From NCBI RefSeq assembly GCF_009914755.1, contig NC_060930.1: a stretch of DNA of 64,000 nucleotides; one strand, written 5' to 3'. Under the pieces are notes generated by a model. That model was not told where the DNA came from, did not search any database, and worked only from the letters and a program-made list of their open reading frames with translations. This document shows positions 52,315 to 64,000 of the stretch, piece after piece. A program made the translations under genes and the position numbers. Position 1 is the stretch's first letter; each line of letters begins with the position of its first letter. The DNA is from the human T2T-CHM13v2.0 reference genome, Homo sapiens.

Positions 52315-53843
52315 GTAAGTTTGAGGCACTTGTATATCTCAAAGGCTTTAAAAGTATATGTCAGTCTGTATTTCTTTGCTTAATCACCACATTCTCACGT
52401 AGCTCTGTTAATTGCACTTTGTATGAGAAGTTGAGTGGGGAAAGCCAAAGCAGGTTTGCTGAATGCTGATAATTGAGGTTCCTGCAAGCAACAGGGCTCC
52501 AGAGCTCAGTAGATTATTACAAAAGCACTTTAATTAGATATGCTGGATGGTCCACTCAGTGTGGAAAACGGGTATGCCAGGCCTCTCTGGGACCTTAGGT
52601 GGAGAGGATGCAGCCTGGGCAGCTTTAGTTTCCGTCCTTTTATGTGCCACATACTGATAGAGCACACACTTAAACTCCAGACCAAATAGGACCTCCTGCT
52701 TGAGAACGCAGAGAGCATATAATTTCTAATTGGAGTTGTAAGATCAGGTAAGCTCAGGGGACGGGGATTTTAGGAAGCCACTGAGGAAAGGTCAGATTCC
52801 AACTGTGACCTTAAGGCTGTTTCATTCCGACTGAGGTGTTTTACTGATTGGATGTGTTGGTGTCGCAGGTTAAGTACTAAAGCAGGAAAGCTGAACAGTT
52901 CCCCAGCGGCGTTTGAAATGGTGGCAGGTAGTTCCCTGGACTGTTTGCCGTGTCTGGAGTTCGTGCGTGCTTAGCTGAAGCACGCTCAGATGAACATAAC
53001 CTTCCCAGGCATAACCTTCTGCTGTTTGATTTAGATTGCCCCAGCTTTTCTTGGCTGATTGCTTCATGCTTTTTGGGTTTCAGCTCAAAGTACTCCCTCT
53101 GAAGGACGCTGACCACCCAATCTAAAGGACGCCCAGCCACTGCTACCACGCCACGCTCTCTTAGTTGCCTGCAAAGTCCTTGTCCCTCACTGATCGTTTT
53201 CTCCTTGCATATTTATGTATCGGCTTGTTGTCTGTCTCCGCCTTCCTTAGAGCAGAAGCTCCACAAGGGCAGGAACCTTCTCTGCCTGGTTCCTCACCTG
53301 TCTCCAGAGCCCACAACAGCATCTGTTGCACAGCAGATATGTTTTGTCTGAATATATGAGTTGAACGGTTAAATGAGGCTCATTGTGTAAATTGCTCAAT
53401 GTCACATGGTGAGATACTTATTCACACTGGAGGATATTTAAAAGGTTTGTCTGTTTAAACATTTTTTTGAAATGTGAATTCCTCCCTCACATTATGATCA
53501 AATTTAACATTAGATTAGATGCAAACAGGAAGTTATCTAATATCTCTGGGTTTATTTATAAATATAATACATATTAAAGCTAGAAATTTTGATCCTAATT
53601 TTGGTAAGCTTTGTTTGTGTTGACCTTTTTCTTTTTTTTATCATCTACATTGGAATATCCAAAAGTAGTATCTAATTAGCCTTGGAGAGGTGTTTGTGCT
53701 TTAACGATGTTCAAAACTACTGCTGAAATACACTATTTGGAAAGCCTAAGGTCTACAGTTATTTAGAGTCAGACTGCCTGAGTTCTTTGAATCCTGTCTC
53801 TGACATTTTCTTGCTAGTGACCTGGAGTAGGTTATTATTGCTA

Positions 53844-54342
<499 letters not shown>

Positions 54343-54522
54343 TAACCTCTTGATGCTTCACTTTCTTCTTATGTAAAATGGGGATAATAAAATTTTCCTT
54401 GAAGAATGATTATGATTAAGTATGTGAGTATAGGGGTTATATAAATTTCTGCTGTTTTATTTAGTATATACTCAGATTTTTATATATTCAATATACAAAT
54501 TAGGTTTAAAAATAATATATTT

Positions 54523-54944
<422 letters not shown>

Positions 54945-55032
54945 TTATACTTCTAATAAGTAACAGTGACAATAAAACTGTTTGCAAACATGCCATTTTC
55001 TGTGTGTATAACAATATAGTTGTCTTTTTGGT

Positions 55033-55235
55033 ATCAGACAGACCTGGTTTGAGTTTTCCAGTTGTGCTTGTTTTGTGGCCTTCAGTAAATTGCTAAACTT
55101 TGCTTGGCCTCAGTTTCCTCATCTGTAAAATAATGATAATAATACAGTTCAAAGAGGATTGCTGTGAGAATTAAATATGAAAATGTATGTCACACTCCTG
55201 GCATGGTGCCTACCTCACAGTGTAGGTGCTTAATA
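55033..55235 (+). mobile_element. MIR
   Basis: gcctcagtttcctcatctgtaaaa core. Confidence 0.8.
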
Positions 55236-55901
55236 ATCCTGAGTGTCCTTCTGTCCCTTTCTCCAGACCGTAGATGGAAGATGCACGTTGATAGCAAGAG
55301 GAAGGTGATTGCCATTGGGGAAGGTGTGGAAAGGGCGTCCTGTACATGATGATGAAGGGAGTGGGCTTAGCTTAGCAAGTGGTAAGCTTAGCAGGGAACC
55401 CAATTCCGACCTTGAAGTGTCTGAGCAGATGTCATGTGTAAGGGGAAGCAGGGATGCTGTGTCTGATCTGCCCCTGCAGGAAGCACTAGGACCGGCAGGT
55501 ATCAGTAGTGAAAGGCCACTTTGGGTTTCACGTGAGGAAGACTTTCCTATAGAGCTGTGGAAAGATGAGATGGTGCCTCTTTGCAATAGTGAGCGTCTCA
55601 GGGCCGGATGTGGTGTCTGACGACTGGTTGGCTGCAGATCAAGAGCTCTGTAGAGAGGATTCCTCCAAGCACCAGGAAGGCAGACTACATGGCCTCTGCG
55701 GCCCTTTTCAATGCTTGTATGTCAGTGGCCCCCTTTCTAAATTCATGCCTGATTATCTGCTTTCCTAGGCCAAGTTGGTTGTATGCCCCCAGAAACCTAG
55801 GATTTAGCCTTCTGAAGTCAGGGAGTTGGGACTGCTTATTGTTTTAATTTAAAATGTTTTTTAGGATTGACAATTTTTGTGTTTGTATTTTGTCATTTGC
55901 A

Positions 55902-56864
<963 letters not shown>

Positions 56865-57504
56865 AATCTGGACAGTTAAATTTTCCCTCTGTCTTCAGAT
56901 GTGACTCATTTCCTCCCTCTTTTTCAGTTCTCCATGGTCATGGAGAAGGAGTTGCCTGGCAGCATATCTTTTTTGCCTTCCCTAACATCCACTGTGGCCT
57001 CCTGGCTTGGTGAAATGGGGACAGTGTGTAATTTGCACACGTCTGTGATCTATGGAACTAAGTTCCATTCTGCTTTTTCCAGTGGATCCCCAATCCTCCC
57101 TAGACTTCATGGCCCCAAACAGATGGAGCCTGTAACCTCGTTGACTCTGAGTGATATAACCGAGGGAGTGGGCTCAATGCCTATTAAGGCACAGATTGAA
57201 GTTTTAGGACTCTGTTCTTTGTGCATTTTGATGTTTAGTACGAACAGAATCTGGCTTTGTTTTGCTTTACAAGAGTGATTCTGGCTTCATTGTGAAGAAC
57301 TTGGCTGGAGAGAGAGCAGGGAAGATCCGTGGTAATTAACTTCAGTTTTTTGTAGGGTGGTTGGGTGGAAGAGAGGAGTAGGATGTGTGTTGATAATGAT
57401 GGAAAGACTGATTAGTGGAATTTTTAGAATGACTGATTTAAAGTTGCTGGAAGGAGTTCTCATCTATCAACTGGTTATTTACTGATGGAATGTGCCCCCT
57501 AACA

Positions 57505-57655
57505 GATCTGTGAACTTTCCGTCACTCAATGTATTTAGGTAAATGAGAGTGGCCCCATCTGTCAGGATGCTGTAGGAGATTCCTAAATTAGAGGGAAGGT
57601 TGGGCTAGATAGATGACCTCTCTGGTCTCTTTGGAACTCAAATTCAATTATTCTC
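57505..57655 (+). mobile_element. L3/CR1 3' end remnant
   Basis: ccgtcact...atctgtcaggatgctgtagg...tagatgacctc. Confidence 0.5.
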
Positions 57656-58139
57656 TGAATTAAACTTATTAGGAATCTTCCAGCTTGAACAATTTTACTT
57701 CAGTCCATAAAGAGAAAATATTATGAGTTGACTGAGAGGCTGAATATAACATTATAACTTTAACTACAATTAGATCTGGGCAGATTACTTGCACTTTCTC
57801 CAATGTTCCAATATAACCTTCAAAAATGTTGTAAGCAGATGTACCCAGTAGCTAGTATTTATAAGCTGGGATTTTACAAGCATATTTCCTGAAGGATTTT
57901 TTTTCTACCAAAAACTTTGTTTTACCTTAGCCAAAACTCATTGTGTAGGTTTCTTTTTGGGTAGCGTAATAATACAGATGTTATCATTTACATAAAAGTA
58001 TTATCCGTTACTCTTTGTAAAGCATTTTATTTAATTTCAAAACTTAGGATTTTGTACATTATCATTCATTGCTGTTTGTTAAGGTGTATTTAATTTGGAT
58101 ATAATGACCTACAGAAAAAGGTCACTTTAAAGAAAAACT

Positions 58140-60680
<2,541 letters not shown>

Positions 60681-60840
60681 AAATGGAAAAGAACAACTTT
60701 TATGAAGAATTAGTTTTAAATCCACATTTTTATGTCACAATATTTGCACTCTTGTGAAAGTAATTAATTGGTCATTTGATGATATTATTGGGGCTTGCTT
60801 GTTATGTAAGTAACACTTGGAGTTTATAAATGTACCATAA

Positions 60841-61125
60841 GGCCGGGTGCAGTGGCTCACGCCTGTAATCCCAGCACTTTGGGAGGCTGAGGCGGGCTGA
60901 TCACCTCAGGTCAGGAGTTTGAGACCAGCCTGACCAACACGGAGAAACTCCATCTTTACTAAAAATACAAAATTAGTCGGGCGTGGTGGCACATGCCTGT
61001 AATCCTAGCTACTTGGGAGGCTGAGGCAGGAGGATTGCTTGAACCCGGGAGTCAGAGGTTGCGGTGAGCCAAGATTGCGCCACTGCACTCCAGCCTGGGC
61101 AACAAGAGCAAAACTCCATGTCTCT
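60841..61125 (+). mobile_element. AluSq/Sp-like
   Basis: Dimer; tail replaced by a microsatellite. Confidence 0.92.
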
Positions 61126-61137
61126 CTTTCTCTCATC

Positions 61138-61145
61138 TATATGTG

Positions 61146-61188
<43 letters not shown>
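61138..61188 (+). repeat. (TA)n(TG)n microsatellite
   Basis: Direct observation. Confidence 0.95.
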
Positions 61189-61192
<4 letters not shown>

Positions 61193-61671
61193 AAATATCT
61201 CATTTCCAAGATAATTGACTGCATTAAAATTTATTTGTGCATTTAATGCCTTTGAAACACTTAGAAAAAGTTTATATTAGGGAATTTAGATTTGCAATGG
61301 CTTTAAAGCAATACATACCATGCTAGTATTGCGTTTTGAATTTTCTCAAAATTGACTATTGATTTTGAAGACATCTTCAGTTTGCTTTTAAAAATGTTAA
61401 AAATTTATCTTGTTCTTCATTTTGTTTTCATTTAATCCGTAGCCATTGAGTAATTAATGATGGTGTGGTATAAGGCTCACAAACGTGATGCATAATAATT
61501 GTGGGAGAGGAAAATTACCAGAACTTTGAGGCCCAGTAACATTGCTTCATAACAGTGTTGTGAGGTGATAGCATTGAAGTTATTAACGCTATGGCTACCA
61601 GTGTTTTCTGTTCATTTGTTTGTTATATTTAGGATTTGTCTGGGTTTATCTGAATCAGTTAATATGCAGTA

Positions 61672-62011
61672 TAGTCATGTATCACTTGACAATGGGGAAA
61701 GTTCTGAGAAAAGTGTAAGATGATTTCCTCATTGTGTGAACATCATAGAGTGTACTTACATGAACCTAGATGGTACAGCCTACTACACACCCAGGCTATA
61801 TGGCATAGCCTATGCTCCTAGGCTGCAAACCTGTATGGCATGTGACTGTAGTGAATACTGTAGGCAGTTGTAACACAATGGGAAGTATTTGTGTATCTAA
61901 ACATCTCTAAATAGAGAAAAGGTACAGTAAAAATATGGTATCATAATCACGTGGAACCACCGTATATGCAGTCTGTCGTCGGCTATTACACTGTGATGCT
62001 GCACATGACTG
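61672..62011. mobile_element. Tigger3a (MER7A/Golem MITE)
   Basis: TIRs agtcatgt / acatgactg with TA on both sides; internal aacctagatggtacagcctactacacacc. Confidence 0.85.
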
Positions 62012-62479
62012 TATTAAGTTTTTTAACTGAGACTGGTGGGTTCTCTTCATCAGCATCTGTGAGATATGCTGTCTTTTGACTGCGTATGATCATTATGAGA
62101 CAGGCAGAGCAGAAGTTTGGGTCGTCTGACTTTGTGGCTGTGAGACCTTGACTCACAGTAGCAGGTGCTGGCGCTTCTCCCACAGTGTGGAGCATAGAGC
62201 AGGAGGCAGGAGCAGGTGGCCAGCTGCCAGCACGGCGGCACTGCAGTGTTGCCTTGTTGAAGATGCCGGCTTGGAATATGAAATGCTAACGGAGAATGGT
62301 GGGGGATCTTTAAGCAGAAACTCTGTGAAAATTTTGCTTGATGGGCAGTGATCGCATGTGGAGTGGCTTATTTAAAATAAAAGGGATTGCTTGGCTTCTG
62401 ACAACAGAGATGTAGAGTGCAACAAACACTGTTCTTCCTTTCACATTTACCACCACTGCCACCATCACTGTCACCTCCC

Positions 62480-62860
62480 ATTCATTAATTCGTTCATTCA
62501 TGCATGCAGTTACTTAACATGTATTTATTGGGTATTCACCATGTGCCAGGCGCTTCTTAAAGTCCTGGACTTTCAACAGTAAACAATTTAAACAAAATCC
62601 CTGCCTTCCTGCCTTGTGGAATTAACATTCTAAGAGGCAGACCTTATGTTAAACAATTTACATCTATTGTTTTACATGATCCTTACAATAGCTTGGGAGG
62701 CAGACAAAATTATCCCCATTTTACAGATTAAGAAACTGAGGGTTAGAGAAATTAAATGATGTGTCCAGTGTCACATACGAAACTGAGGCGCAGAGAAATT
62801 AAATGATGTGTCCAGTGTCATACAGTGGGATCTGATGTCACGCCAGAGGGACTCTAAATT
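62480..62860 (-). mobile_element. L2 3' end (~62480-62635) followed by a MIR (~62670-62860) with a 47-bp tandem duplication
   Basis: ttcattcat...tatttattgggtattcaccatgtgccagg; ccccattttacagattaagaaactgagg. Confidence 0.7.
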
Positions 62861-63635
62861 GTGGGCCCCGAGTTGTTTTGCTAGCCTCTTAGGAGCAATG
62901 TCTGAGCGGCCAATGAATTGCACGTCAGTTGTACATTTGCGTGGGTTTTCAGCATCACACGTGGGAGGTAAACCTTCACACCACCCCTGTTTTAGATATG
63001 AAGGCCAGTCCTACCCGCCCTCACTGTATTCTCTGGGCAAATTTGGAAACCTTTGGTTTTAGAAACAGACTTCCTAAATTTGGGCCTTTTGATCAAATGG
63101 GGAGAAAAATCAGCTCCCCCGGTAATGTTTCTGAGGATCTCAGGATTCTCAGGCAGATACTTGGTGTGCCTCATTTTCTTCTAGTATTGCCTTCATCTGG
63201 GACATTTTTGCTACCGCATTTCTCAAGGTCTGTGTTCCTTCAGCCTACGTTATTCAAAGTATTGCTTTTTCATCAGAAACAGTGTGGGGAAGCCCTCTTC
63301 AGCACATGAATATTGCCGAGGTTTTTTGCCCATTAATGTAATTACATCCAAGGTGCACATTTACGTTTGTGAGGGATTATTTAATCTTTTGTAATCCTGG
63401 TTGGGTAAAAGTAATTTATATTTTTAATCTCTACTTATGATTGTTATTCTTTTATTTTTACTTTTCTTCCTTGACTATAGCTAAGCAGTAAGGAGTGGTG
63501 CTTGGTCAGATGTTCTGTCAGAAGCATTCTGTGTTTGACCTGAGAAGTAAAGAATATGGAAGGAGTTTTTATTGTTTTCTTCTTTGAATTCTAAGCAGAG
63601 AGGTTATTTCTGATAGTTCACATTACTTTAGAACA

Positions 63636-64000
63636 TTTATTTATTTATTTATTTAGAGACAGAGTCTTGCTCTGTTGCCCAGGCTGGAGTACAGTGGTGC
63701 AATCTCGGCTCACTGCAGCCTCTGCCTCTCGGGTTCTCCTGCCTCAGCCTCCCGAGTAGCTGAGACTACAGGTGGACACTGCCACGCCTGGCTATTTTTT
63801 GTATTTTTTTAGTAGAGATGCGGTTTCACCATGTTGGCTAGGATGGTCTTGATCTCCTGACCTCATGATCTGCCTGCCTTGGCCTCCCAAAGTGCTGGGA
63901 TTACAGGCATGAGCAACCGTGCCGGCCTTTTTTTTTTGAGACACAGTCTCACTTTGTCGCCCAGGCTGGAGTAAGTGCAGTGGCACTATCTTAGCTCATT
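63636..64000 (-). mobile_element. AluS (~63636-63927) plus the tail end of the next Alu (63928-64000, cut by the window edge)
   Basis: Dimer then polyT-gagacacagtctc. Confidence 0.92.

Noticed and set aside
52275-52469. 64-aa ORF starting in the exon
   Set aside because: Runs through the splice donor into the intron; only the first 13 codons would be in the mRNA.

Overview
Primate (almost certainly human) intronic DNA with no supportable protein-coding exon. It holds about 60 Alu copies or fragments (roughly 2:1 on the minus strand), old L1M, L2, MIR and L3 remnants, DNA transposon fossils (MER5A, Tigger4, MER30, Charlie4-type, Tigger3a) and microsatellites. The one convincing exon is a 91-nt non-coding exon on the + strand at 52224-52314 (polypyrimidine-CAG acceptor, GTAAGT donor). 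I recognise it from memory, not from a search, as a 5'-UTR exon of TIAM2, so the window would lie in the long 5' introns of TIAM2. That exon carries five upstream AUGs covering all three frames. Nearly all ORFs in the supplied track are Alu, L1 or L2 read-throughs. I found no new gene system. The least expected signal is a set of locally templated copy scars: a perfect 70-bp copy of an Alu-flank junction 4.3 kb from its source, a perfect 27-bp inverted copy inserted into an Alu, a ~200-bp duplication joined by a snap-back hairpin, and a 34-bp copy with a fold-back arm. Also notable are a 24-nt micro-Alu with a perfect TSD and a palindromic bZIP/YY1 motif cluster. Repeat boundaries and subfamily names are by-eye estimates.
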